A DNA stretch of 64,000 nucleotides from an uncultured Poribacteria bacterium (GCA_958296135.2 CATQHZ020000001.1:2880001-2944000); one strand, 5' to 3'; shown: positions 18,801 through 27,503, counted from the stretch's first letter. Numbers and translations: made by a program. Notes: generated from the letters alone by a model not told the origin.

Positions 18801-21200
18801 CCCGACGAGCAGCACATAAGTCGGCGCGGGCGGTTGCCAGTTTTCGTAGGCGTATTTCAGGAATGCGCGAATCGCGTATGGGCTCAGAATACCGTGGTTA
18901 AATTCATCGTAAATATTTTGAACGTTTACGACTTTGGTGCGCAGGTCTCCTTGTTGCGCCCGGAACTCGGCGAGGGGTTGCACGTCGGGCAGGAAAGGCG
19001 TATCGGTGATGATGATATAATCCGCGCCGTTGTGCGTGCCTCGCAGATTTTCTGTTGTTTGCAAGGCGTTCGATAAGGGTTGTTGGTGTTGTGATGTGTC
19101 TCTACGTAACCCGTCTTCGCCGTTAAAGAATTTCGGTTTCTGGAACTTCTGTCGCGTCAGTGCAATGTATTGAATGGCTGTATCCTGAGCGTTTCCGTTT
19201 TCTACTGTAGCGTGATGGGCTGTCCCTCGCCATGCGGGTGCTACCCCTGATACCAATGTGCCTTGAAAGACGACGCGGTAAGTGCCTGTCTCCTCATTGA
19301 CAAGCGGATTTAACCCGACGTAACGGGAGCCATCAACGCCATAAATTTCAATGTCGCGGTGCGAGAAATTGTTCAATTGCACCTCGAAATGGGGGTTGAC
19401 GTTGCCGTTCTCGTTGGCGAGCGGGGTAATGGCGAACGGAAGGATGTCCTTTTCTGCGTCAAAGGTTCGCCAATAGTCAACTTCAAGCCAGTTCACCATG
19501 ACGATATCCAACTGTCCCTCTATGCTTGGGAGGAGGGCGCGGAGGGTATTGCTCCCGTTTTTGAGGTAGGACTGCAGGAGTTCCGTGTCCACAAATTGAT
19601 ACTCGGTTTCCCCATCCCATCGTGATTCTTCAAAATTGAGGGTATCATTCAGCCACAAGTCGATGCGGTGTTCTGTGTCAGACCTGCCGTAGAAGTTCAC
19701 CCGTATCGTTGCAAACCGGTCTGTTCCTGCGACACCGGCGAGTGTGAAGGGTAAGGCGACGGCTCGCTTCGGTTCACTCTTTTCGGTTCTGAGCGTGGGT
19801 AGCGATTTCCAGAACCAGCTGTCGCTTGGGAGTGCGGGTAGTTCTGTGAGTTGGAAGTTCCGGGTTTGGAGGCCTGCGCCGATTTCTTCGTAGTCGCTTC
19901 CTTCTGGTAGGTTTGCGTTTGGAAATCGTCGGAATTGGCTATCCTTTTCAAAATGCGCGCGGGTGAGAAAGTGCTGATACACTTGTGCGTTTTGTGCATC
20001 GGCTAGGGGTGTTTTCGTTGCCATCCGGAGGCCGCGTGTGCCGTTCCACGAGAGCCAATAGACGTTCTGATCGGAAAAGGGATGGAAATAGGTGGTTGCG
20101 CCGCGCAGGCGTTGGCCGTAGAAAACGATTTCGTCGTCTGCATCAAACCGGCTATCGCCTTCGCCGCGCACGAAGATGGGTATTTGCCGCCCTCGGTTAG
20201 ACAATTTCAGCGTTGCTGGCACGATGGTGCCGATATCTACGCCTGTTGCTTCCGCCAAATCGCGTCCCGTAATGTGATGTATTCCATCGTGCGTAACGAG
20301 GATTTTATAGCGTGGGGTAGGCAAGGTACTGGCTGGCGCGCTCGGAACCGTTCCCCTTTCCTCGGAACCTGTCCCTCGCGGCCTCCCCGATAAACCAGAC
20401 GTTGCGGCGCGCCACTGCTTCGCGGTTTGCGGATTAATCAACAAATTTCCGAACATCGCGTCGTAGACAGGAGATTCGGGCCGCTGAAAGGCTTGCGGTG
20501 CAGCTGGCGCGCCTCCTGCACCGCGAAACTGCACCGCAACGACAAGGCGATGATAGAGTCTTACCTCCCCCGTGGCCGGGTTATACTGCACCGGATTGAG
20601 TTGGATTGGGAGCACGCGGTTCTCTCGTATCCAGCCAGCCTTTCTCATTTCAGCGACGCTTTCTGGGAAAAAGCGGTTCCCGAACCCCCGCGCGGTTTGC
20701 ACCCGGCGCGTCTTAAATTCACTTTGAACCACGTGCACTTCAAACCCTACGTCCGGTGGAACGCCTATCAACGTCGATTGCATCGGCAGCTGCGGCATCC
20801 CCGGCGCTGTCGTGAAGCGGCATCCGGGAAACGAGAAGAGCCGCACGTCCATGCCTTCTGCTCCCGCGCGGCCAGGGGAACGTAGGGCGCGGGCCTGTCC
20901 CTCGCTTTGCGTCCCGATGTGAAAATCTTTCTCGGCGATGCGGAGTTGAATCGTTACGCTTTGCGGTGTTGCACGCACCAATTCAATATCCGCTGCGTCC
21001 GTAGGGCGAGAGCCTGTCCCTCGCGATGGCTCGGGCTGGATACCGGTGTCGTTGCGCGCAAACGCCGTTGTGCCAAACAGGATGAGAAGAATCAGGCAGA
21101 ACGCATCCCGGAGACGGAGAATTGTCGTGAATAAGGTAGCAAGTTTTGGCGAAGCAACGCTCGCAGGCCGTATAGGCGTGACGGTAACCGTGTGTCTCAT
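15855..21200 (-). CDS. C25-family (gingipain/PorU-like) cysteine peptidase with propeptide, CARDB-like domain and T9SS/FlgD-like tail
   Basis: ADYIII, IYDEFNHG, YVLLVGD, catalytic NYIGHG and SMTC; C-terminal NFPNPF..SLKIYTVTGRLI..LANGVYLY. Confidence 0.88.
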   Translation of the reverse strand: MRHTVTVTPIRPASVASPKLATLFTTILRLRDAFCLILLILFGTTAFARNDTGIQPEPSRGTGSRPTDAADIELVRATPQSVTIQLRIAEKDFHIGTQSEGQARALRSPGRAGAEGMDVRLFSFPGCRFTTAPGMPQLPMQSTLIGVPPDVGFEVHVVQSEFKTRRVQTARGFGNRFFPESVAEMRKAGWIRENRVLPIQLNPVQYNPATGEVRLYHRLVVAVQFRGAGGAPAAPQAFQRPESPVYDAMFGNLLINPQTAKQWRAATSGLSGRPRGTGSEERGTVPSAPASTLPTPRYKILVTHDGIHHITGRDLAEATGVDIGTIVPATLKLSNRGRQIPIFVRGEGDSRFDADDEIVFYGQRLRGATTYFHPFSDQNVYWLSWNGTRGLRMATKTPLADAQNAQVYQHFLTRAHFEKDSQFRRFPNANLPEGSDYEEIGAGLQTRNFQLTELPALPSDSWFWKSLPTLRTEKSEPKRAVALPFTLAGVAGTDRFATIRVNFYGRSDTEHRIDLWLNDTLNFEESRWDGETEYQFVDTELLQSYLKNGSNTLRALLPSIEGQLDIVMVNWLEVDYWRTFDAEKDILPFAITPLANENGNVNPHFEVQLNNFSHRDIEIYGVDGSRYVGLNPLVNEETGTYRVVFQGTLVSGVAPAWRGTAHHATVENGNAQDTAIQYIALTRQKFQKPKFFNGEDGLRRDTSQHQQPLSNALQTTENLRGTHNGADYIIITDTPFLPDVQPLAEFRAQQGDLRTKVVNVQNIYDEFNHGILSPYAIRAFLKYAYENWQPPAPTYVLLVGDTHLDLKNEISFVPTIQVQIPGYGATATDHQFVTFRGDDNFPDMLIGRMPARNRVDARVFVERVMNYEIHAETGPWQKRLLMLAGTDWVFHLQTNWLIDRNNLAATYEVKDIFAPTNEEQTFNERVRSPIARQVIDGFNDGAALVNYIGHGGGGIWASSRMLDLEDPEQNLTNIEQLPFVISMTCFTGFFDGTQSCLAEELLRSQSGGAIAVVGGTSIGLLEGDYALNREIFDVIFEASEDRGQQPVRHVGAILAQAKTQFIINAPGYFDLAEVFTLFGDPATQLRLPHKQIQVTADVGENSVAVSGTLSNRNFSGQAEITVVPTARPSRSELPAAPPEQETVSVVNGRFTADIPLPANSQFDEADVRAYAWNADEDAVGSMSYTALERYVTNIRIAPYPVEPNQPVHFYGEVKNENAINAMTLFWSLDGVNFETIPVVLHSSVDGVSTYRTEQPIPGYPKNELIDYYLAITLQDGRTLQSEIESYEFGEIHVDLSVLEQTLMWHTTPSRGPSPRATDAGDIHLSESPFRLSAKIVNLGTEPVRNVPVQFLQTTATGEPEETVLLEEELQNATPIGEVQILTEVLPGSEVVASVPWQPPPGNYLVTVVVDMPSEAQPKGTIIERRERNNTAARHFSSNWVLLTPEQRDIVSGDGMLRLSLPPGSIQTPTLMTFERKALTITNQPDIIPVAGDDAAAAPAAYELGLDTQTGFTATAAFRLSETSRGTGATDAASIYMLDAYSGNWIRVGNETNSEETLSTQVKLPGTFALLSHADSRPPALDLTVENQGFIDGDYISDTPTISARIEDANGVDTRPENIVLTKNGERVPQDEYIIAASPVNTNVLLITYTPILEAGEYAIRLQAQDANGNPASTGRTATVAGEFEIKNIANFPNPFTPGRGTDFAYYLTESADEVSLKIYTVTGRLITVIDTLDAAISYNEFHYDGLDADGEPLANGVYLYKFTAHQGETRRNKVGKLVVIK

Positions 21201-21871
21201 TTCTTTAGATGATATACCTCAATTTCCCGAAGTTGGGCTATCGCAGGTTGAACGACGCGATAGTGCGGGTAATACTGGCCGACAAGGGTTGTCCGCCGGG
21301 CTACGATTTTATCGTCCGGTGCGGCGACGATTTTGTTCACGATAATATCGTCAACAGTGCGCGTGACGTTGACGCGCAGCATCTGGGTGTGAAAATTCAG
21401 TCTATCAAAGACGAACATCGGTTGCGCGTGTTCGCCATCAAGGTTGCGACGTTGAATGACGGTATCAAATGTCACCCACTCGTCCGTTTCCGCGCTCAGA
21501 TAAGCCATCTGGAACCGGAACAGGTTGCCGTTGTGGATGATAATTTTCCGAACGGGCTGGACCTCGGGGAATCGGACGATGAAGTGCCGCTCATTTTTGG
21601 CGGGGAGCGTCGCCACGGTTTGCAGACTCCCATCGTTCAGACCGGGGTGATTCGCCTCTGTCCCGTGATTGGCGAGAGCGACGTTTTGACTATACTGCGT
21701 TGTCAAAACTTCTGCCATTCTGCAGGCGTTCAGTTGCACGCAGAGAACGAGCAGAACCAAAAGTTGCACAGTCGCCAGAGCGTAAGTCTCGGCAACGTTT
21801 AGACGGCCGGGTGGACGAGTCCTTCCGGGCTTGATAACGCGAAATAACGCGTTGCGAGTTACAAAAATCAT
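21197..21871 (-). CDS. Hypothetical exported protein or lipoprotein (discoidin-like beta domain possible)
   Basis: ATG at 21871 with GGAGG RBS; hydrophobic segment ending LNAC; C-terminal LREIEVY; 4-nt overlap with the C25 gene. Confidence 0.6.
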   Translation of the reverse strand: MIFVTRNALFRVIKPGRTRPPGRLNVAETYALATVQLLVLLVLCVQLNACRMAEVLTTQYSQNVALANHGTEANHPGLNDGSLQTVATLPAKNERHFIVRFPEVQPVRKIIIHNGNLFRFQMAYLSAETDEWVTFDTVIQRRNLDGEHAQPMFVFDRLNFHTQMLRVNVTRTVDDIIVNKIVAAPDDKIVARRTTLVGQYYPHYRVVQPAIAQLREIEVYHLKK

Positions 21872-21894
21872 TTTTTCCTCCTTCTGTTTATTCG

Positions 21895-22440
21895 ATGTGT
21901 CGCGAGGGGAACCCTCGGCGATTAGCGATCGCCGGGCCCTCGCGCTACGGTGATGGACGGCTGCCCCGTAGGTTGAGGGCCTGTCCCTCAACATGCATCG
22001 AGCGGTGGGGCGGTGTCTTGCGAGTGACAGGTTCTCGCGCGACGGTGATGGACGGCTGCCCCGTAGGTTGAGGGCCTGTCCCTCAACATGCATCGAGCGG
22101 TGGGGCGGTGTCTTGCGAGTGACAGGCCCTCGCGCTTTCGATGTGTCGCGAGGGGAACCCTCGGCGATTAGCGATCGCCGGGCCCTCGCGCGACGGTGAT
22201 GGACGGCTGCCCCGTAGGTTGAGGGCCTGTCCCTCAACATGCATCGAGCGGTGGGGCGGTGTCTTGCGAGTGACAGGTTCTCGCGCTTTCGATGTGTCGC
22301 GAGGGGAACCCTCGGCGATTAGCGATCGCCGGGCCCTCGCGCTACGGACTTGGGGGCCGAGGCATCGCGAGGGACAGGTTTTCCCTCGCGCTACGGACTT
22401 GGGTACCGAGGTGCCACGAGGGACAGACCTTCGCGTGCCG
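21895..22440. repeat. REP array with GTAGGTTGAGGGCCTGTCCCTCAAC and extended double-hairpin REP units
   Basis: Three copies each of the GTTGAGGG/CCCTCAAC hairpin and CGCGAGGGGAACCCTCGGCGATTAGCGATCGCCGGGCCCTCGCG. Confidence 0.9.
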
Positions 22441-22443
22441 GAC

Positions 22444-22722
22444 TCAGGGACTGTGTATGACATCAAAATGATCGACGATGCCCATGACGAGTTCACGGAT
22501 GGGCGCGTCTTCAACGCCGAAGACTTCTTGGGCAACGCCGGGGCCTGCCCCGATTATCACCGTATCGCCTTCGCCTGCGCCCACGTAATCCACAGCAATC
22601 GTCGGTGTGCGAACGAGCTCGGATTTTAGGCTGAGCGGTTGGATGAGCAGCAGCGTGCGATGCTGATACGCGGGATGCTTCACAATTGAGACAACTTTGC
22701 CAATGACTTTCGCGAGATACAT
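22444..22722 (-). CDS. EutN/CcmL bacterial microcompartment vertex protein (BMC-P)
   Basis: MYLAKVIGKVVS..IAVDYVGAGEGD..VMGIVD. Confidence 0.92.
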   Translation of the reverse strand: MYLAKVIGKVVSIVKHPAYQHRTLLLIQPLSLKSELVRTPTIAVDYVGAGEGDTVIIGAGPGVAQEVFGVEDAPIRELVMGIVDHFDVIHSP

Positions 22723-22879
22723 ATTTTTTTGTTCAGGGCAGCGTAAATTTTTAAACGCTTGTTTAGTAGGCGCGCTTTAATGAAGATTCAGGAAATAACC
22801 GGGGCATTTCGGATCCGGGATACGGGCGGGTATTGACATCCGCCCTGCCGTTATGTTGATGCGTCTTCTCTCTGTGCCC

Positions 22880-23164
22880 CTATGGAACCTCTTCCTGATG
22901 AAGAGAGACAGAATCGACAAGCCCGACGATTGCGACATCCACGGGCATCGATTTGCCGGGGTAGATGCGCACGGCATCTCCCCCTGTGACGAAGTATACG
23001 GTTTCGCCGATACCTGCATCCTGCAGGGTATCTACAGCGACGAGCGGTGCGGCACACGGGTGACGCTTTTCGTCCAAAGGTTGCACGATGAGGAGGCGTG
23101 TCCCTGCTAAACTCGGGTCTTTCCGTGTCGCGACGACGGTGCCAATTACTTTTCCTATGTCCAT
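22880..23164 (-). CDS. EutN/CcmL bacterial microcompartment vertex protein (BMC-P)
   Basis: MDIGKVIGTVVATRKDPSL..VAVD..AGIGE..PVDVAIVGLVD. Confidence 0.93.
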   Translation of the reverse strand: MDIGKVIGTVVATRKDPSLAGTRLLIVQPLDEKRHPCAAPLVAVDTLQDAGIGETVYFVTGGDAVRIYPGKSMPVDVAIVGLVDSVSLHQEEVP

Positions 23165-23290
23165 TAGTGTTATCTTCCGTTGATTTTCTTCGTATTTCCT
23201 AGCCGTGGTTTGACGTTGTGTTGGCGCGTGCCAAACATAGCATCGCACCAGAAACCCCGAACGAACGCCGTGCGAACGACAGAAGAGTTG

Positions 23291-24769
23291 TCAAGCCTTA
23301 CGTTCTTGGAGTTCATACTCGGCGAGTTTGGTGTGGAGCGTGTTGCGGTTAATGCCGAGCATTTCCGCGGCTTTGCTGCGATTGCCGTTGGTGTGCTCTA
23401 GCACAATTCGGAAGAGGGGTTTCTCGAAAAGCGCGCGAATGTGCGCGTAAAGTTCCCCTTTGCCCGTTTTGGCATCCTCCAGATAACGTTCAACCTGCTC
23501 GCGGAGCATCGCGTCAACATGTTTATCAAAATTGAGCGTCATTTCAGGCTGCAGCGCGCCTTGCCCGACGTGCGTGAAATGCTCGGGGAGCAGCATTTGT
23601 CCGGCGCACATCACTAGGGCGCGTTTGATGGCGTTTTCGAGTTCTCGCACGTTGCCGGGCCACTCGTAAGCGGTGAGTTGCTGGAGCACCTCCGATGAGA
23701 CACCGATGTCCGGGAGGCTGTATTCTTCGACGAATCGGCGCGTGAAAAGCGATACCAATTCTGGGATATCCTCTTTCCGCTCGCGTAGCGGCGGCAGCAC
23801 GATAGGAACAACGTTTAAGCGATAATAAAGGTCTTCCCGGAACAGTTTCTGTTCTACTGCTTGTTCAAGCTTTCTGTTCGTTGCGGCGATGATTCGGACG
23901 TTGACAGTGCGGCGTTCGTTGGAGCCGACAGGTTCTACTTCGCGTTCTTGGAGGACACGTAGCAGTTTCATTTGCACTTCTGCGGGGAGTTCGCCGATTT
24001 CATCGAGGAAAATGGTGCCGGTATCGGCTTGTTCAAACTTCCCTTTGCGCGAGGTGTATGCATCGGTATACGCGCCTTTGACGTGCCCGAAGAGCGCGCT
24101 TTCAATGAGACTCGGCGGGATTGCGCCGCAGTCAAAAACGACGAACGGGTTCTCGGCGCGCGGGCTATTTTGGTGAATCAGCTGCGAGACGAGTTCTTTG
24201 CCGGTGCCGCTTTCTCCGAGTATCAGCACAGTCTCATCGCTAACGGCCGCTCTGCCTATCATCTGATACACCATCTGCATTGTGACGCTTTGCCCGACTA
24301 TCTTCCCCTGCCTGTCTATCTCAATAGCGGATTGTGCTGTGCGCGTCTTGCTGACTTTACGGAGTGCGGACTGTGTTTGGTTCGTCGCGGAGGCGGCGCG
24401 CGCGACTAAGTCCAGCAGCTGCTTTTTGTCAACCGGCTTGGTGAGGTAGCCGTACGCGCGTTGCTTCGCTGCATCTATCGCGGTTTGTGTTGTGCCGTGC
24501 GCCGTGATGATAATGATGGAGGCGGTGCTGTTGAACCGCTGGATATCCTCGATGAGTTCCAGCCCATTTGCGTCACCTAAAAAGATGTCGAGGAGGATGA
24601 CATCTACCTCCGTTTTTCTGGCGGTGGCGAGTGTCTCCTTGCCGTTCCGCGCCTTGAGCGTCTGGTATCCTGCTTGCTGAAGGACAGCGGCGAGGACGCG
24701 TCGGAGGCTATCGTCGTCATCTGCGATAAGGATGCTTGGTTGTTCGCAATGCGTTGTTTTCTGTTGCAT
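23291..24769 (-). CDS. NtrC/AtoC-family sigma54-dependent response regulator
   Basis: Receiver (ILIADDD, LLDI, TAHG, KP), AAA+ GESGTGKE, FLDEIGE, WPGNVREL, Fis-type HTH. Confidence 0.95.
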   Translation of the reverse strand: MQQKTTHCEQPSILIADDDDSLRRVLAAVLQQAGYQTLKARNGKETLATARKTEVDVILLDIFLGDANGLELIEDIQRFNSTASIIIITAHGTTQTAIDAAKQRAYGYLTKPVDKKQLLDLVARAASATNQTQSALRKVSKTRTAQSAIEIDRQGKIVGQSVTMQMVYQMIGRAAVSDETVLILGESGTGKELVSQLIHQNSPRAENPFVVFDCGAIPPSLIESALFGHVKGAYTDAYTSRKGKFEQADTGTIFLDEIGELPAEVQMKLLRVLQEREVEPVGSNERRTVNVRIIAATNRKLEQAVEQKLFREDLYYRLNVVPIVLPPLRERKEDIPELVSLFTRRFVEEYSLPDIGVSSEVLQQLTAYEWPGNVRELENAIKRALVMCAGQMLLPEHFTHVGQGALQPEMTLNFDKHVDAMLREQVERYLEDAKTGKGELYAHIRALFEKPLFRIVLEHTNGNRSKAAEMLGINRNTLHTKLAEYELQERKA

Positions 24770-24835
24770 TGAGATTCTCCTACCAGGGCTTCTCGTCCGA
24801 TGAAGATTCAGAGACGAAACGCCATTTGTCTAGAC

Positions 24836-26725
24836 TTACGGTTCTGGTTTGCGTGGATTTAACCCTGTTTCATTTTTCTGTTCTGTTCGCTGCAGACAGG
24901 GAAGCGTGATGTCAAATGCTGTGCCGATGGCAAGGCTGGCATCTACGTCAATGCTTCCATCGTGCTCCTCAAGAATTTTTCGGCTGATGTAGAGCCCGAG
25001 CCCTGTGCCCTTCTGTTTTGTCGTATAGAAGGGATGGAAGAGATGCTGCACCTCATCGGGGGCGATGCCGGGGCCGGTATCCTGAATCCGGAGAAGCACC
25101 GTTTCCTCTGCCTGCCGATATTCTGTCTGAATTTTCAAGGTGCCGCCTGTTTGCATCGCTTCTCTAGCGTTGTAAAAGAGATTCAGGAGGACCTGGGTGA
25201 TTCCCTCTGGGTTCACATTGATTTCGGGGTATGGGGTATCTCCATATTCTGTCACCACGTGAATGCTCTGCCGTTCTAATTCGGCTCGGCAGATGGAGAG
25301 GCTGGCCTCAAGCAATTCGTGGATATCACTGCGTTTGGCGAATTCCATCGCTGGTTTGCTGAAGGCGAGCAGCTGCTCAATGAAGCGGTTCAGCCGGTCT
25401 ACTTCTTTGATGATAATCTCTGTCCATTCGTGGACTTCCTCTTGTGAATCGGCGGCATCGCGAGGGACAGGCCCTCGCGCTACGGAGCCAGGAGCGGCGG
25501 CAGCATCGCGAGGGACAGGCCCTCGCGCTACGGAGCCAGGAGCTGCAGCGGCATCGTGAGGGACAGGCCCTCGCGCTACGGAGCCAGGAGCGGCGGCAGC
25601 ATCGCGAGGGACAGGCCCTCGCGCTACGGAGCCAGGAGCGGCGGCGGCATCGTGAGGGACAGGCCCTCGCGCTACGGAGCCAGGAGCGGCGGCGGCATCG
25701 CGAGGGACAGGCCCTCGCGCTACGGAGCCAGGAGCGGCGGATGTCGGTGGCCTGGCTGCGGTGTGTTGGAGAAGTTGCGTTCCCAACCGAATGCTGCTGA
25801 GCGGGTTCCGCACCTCGTGCGCTATTGTTCTCACCAACCGTCCTAGCGTCGCTAGACGTTCGGATTCGACAAGTGCGTCAATTGTCTGCTGAATTTTCAC
25901 CCGTTGCGCGATGATGGAGGCGATAATTGTCAACAACCGCCTGTCATCATCTGCGGAAAATTCGTCGGATGCCTTGTCAATCGTCAACGTGCCGACGACA
26001 TGCTCTTCAACGATGACGGGGATGCACCAGAAGGCGATGGCATCTTTGGATGCTACGTTCTCGGGTTCAAAGAGTTTGACGTAACTTCGGGGGAGCCGCG
26101 TTTGCGGCACCCCGATGGCTTTGCCGGAGGCAAGCACCCGTTTCTGAATATCCTCCATCTGTCCATCGGTGCCGCGTTTCATTTCAGCGGGGGTAAGTCC
26201 TAAAACGACTTCGGCAGATGCTGTCACCTTTCCATCTTGATAGAGATGCAAGGCACCGCGATAGATGCCGAGACGATTCGAGAGAATTTCGATAATCTGC
26301 TGAAAGAGTTCCTCCAATTCGAGGTTCGCGTTCGCCGTTTGGCTCACCTCAAAAAGGGTAGACAAATCCCGCACCCGTTTCTCTAAATAGGCGTTCGCGC
26401 TGTTTATTTCTGTTAGCTGTTCCCCGCGAATCCCTTGTTCCGTTCGGAGCTGCCGAATGACGTGCATCATCCCCAAGACGAGGACCGGATAGAGGAACAA
26501 GACGAGAATGCTTGCCATTTCGGTTGGATAGCGAGCCACATACACCAAATTTGCCATCGTTGTCAGTGCGAGCAATCCTCTTTGGCCGCGTTGGCTGGCG
26601 TAGATAACGGCGAGAATCATCGTGCCGTAGTAAGCATGGCTCACGGCGTGATAGTAGTGCGGCACCTCGAACAGATGCACTAACAGGTTGGCGATGAGCA
26701 CGAGAAATGTCAGGAAAATTGCCAT
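24836..26725 (-). CDS. Membrane sensor histidine kinase with NifA-like GAF domain and in-frame REP array
   Basis: N-terminal TM helices, GAF, H-box AHEVRNPL, QVLLNLFYNA, DTGPGI, GTGLGL. Confidence 0.92.
   Translation of the reverse strand: MAIFLTFLVLIANLLVHLFEVPHYYHAVSHAYYGTMILAVIYASQRGQRGLLALTTMANLVYVARYPTEMASILVLFLYPVLVLGMMHVIRQLRTEQGIRGEQLTEINSANAYLEKRVRDLSTLFEVSQTANANLELEELFQQIIEILSNRLGIYRGALHLYQDGKVTASAEVVLGLTPAEMKRGTDGQMEDIQKRVLASGKAIGVPQTRLPRSYVKLFEPENVASKDAIAFWCIPVIVEEHVVGTLTIDKASDEFSADDDRRLLTIIASIIAQRVKIQQTIDALVESERLATLGRLVRTIAHEVRNPLSSIRLGTQLLQHTAARPPTSAAPGSVARGPVPRDAAAAPGSVARGPVPHDAAAAPGSVARGPVPRDAAAAPGSVARGPVPHDAAAAPGSVARGPVPRDAAAAPGSVARGPVPRDAADSQEEVHEWTEIIIKEVDRLNRFIEQLLAFSKPAMEFAKRSDIHELLEASLSICRAELERQSIHVVTEYGDTPYPEINVNPEGITQVLLNLFYNAREAMQTGGTLKIQTEYRQAEETVLLRIQDTGPGIAPDEVQHLFHPFYTTKQKGTGLGLYISRKILEEHDGSIDVDASLAIGTAFDITLPCLQRTEQKNETGLNPRKPEP
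25451..25738. repeat. 6 x 48-bp REP tandem array inside the kinase CDS
   Basis: GGCRGCATCGYGAGGGACAGGCCCTCGCGCTACGGAGCCAGGAGC.. period 48; encodes PGSVARGPVP(R/H)DAAAA. Confidence 0.97.
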
Positions 26726-26818
26726 TTTTTGTCGTTCGCAATGCGATGTTTGGGCGGATCTGGCGCGTTGACTTCCGTCTACCGGGCCGTCTTGACGTTA
26801 AATAGTCCTTTCTGACTG

Positions 26819-27499
26819 TCACATTGTGACGAAGTTACGGAGCATTTTGAGTCCGACGCGTCCGCTTTTCTCCAAGTGAAATTGGGTTGCGATGAGATTC
26901 TCGTGCGCAATCGCGCTGCAAAATTCGAGCCCATACGTCGTCTTTCCGATGACTCCCGCCGGTGTTTCCGGCACAGGGTAATAGGAATTGACGAAGTAGA
27001 AGTGCGCTGGGTTCGGGATACCTTCAAAAATTGGGTGCGGTTGCACCTGATGCACCTCGTTCCATCCGATTTGCGGCACTTTTCGTCTTTCGCTAGGCGT
27101 GCGGCTGGCTGTGCTTGTGCCACGGGCCCCTTCTTGCCAAGCTGCATTGGCGTTGTCGATGCTTGCATTTCTGGTTGGAAACTTTTTGACGTGTCCCGGC
27201 AAAAAACCGAGGCATTCGGTGTCCTCTTCGTCACTGTGCTTGAAGAGAATCTGGATGCCGATGCAGATGCCGAGCATCGGTGTGCCGCGCCGGTAAACCT
27301 CCCCTAAGACTTCGTCAAGGCCCCGTTGCTGAAGTGTCTCCATTGTCGCTTTGGCGGCCCCGACACCGGGGAAAATCACGCGTTCTGCCGCCAAAATAGT
27401 TTCAGGCGCGGCAGTGATTTCGTTTTCGTAATTGAGGTGTGTTAACGCGCGGGCGACACTGGTAAGGTTGCCCGCGTCGTAGTCTATAATCGCAACCAT
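26819..27499 (-). CDS. hisH: Imidazole glycerol phosphate synthase glutaminase subunit
   Basis: IIDYDAGNL, FPGVG, LGICIGIQ, VPQIGWN, YFVNSY, TQFHLEKS. Confidence 0.95.
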   Translation of the reverse strand: MVAIIDYDAGNLTSVARALTHLNYENEITAAPETILAAERVIFPGVGAAKATMETLQQRGLDEVLGEVYRRGTPMLGICIGIQILFKHSDEEDTECLGFLPGHVKKFPTRNASIDNANAAWQEGARGTSTASRTPSERRKVPQIGWNEVHQVQPHPIFEGIPNPAHFYFVNSYYPVPETPAGVIGKTTYGLEFCSAIAHENLIATQFHLEKSGRVGLKMLRNFVTM

Positions 27500-27503
27500 G
27501 TTT

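Noticed and set aside
21872-22240. N-terminal extension of the 347-aa ORF and similar ORFs across REP arrays (e.g. 14624-15478, 40316-40833, 46506-47316, 52479-53466)
   Set aside because: Translations are just REP frames (RGTGPRAT, VARGPVPR, REGQALALR); better starts with RBS lie downstream
23216-23236. sigma54 promoter upstream of the BMC-P genes
   Set aside because: The -24 element TGGCACG is present on the minus strand but the -12 position reads AACAC instead of TTGC
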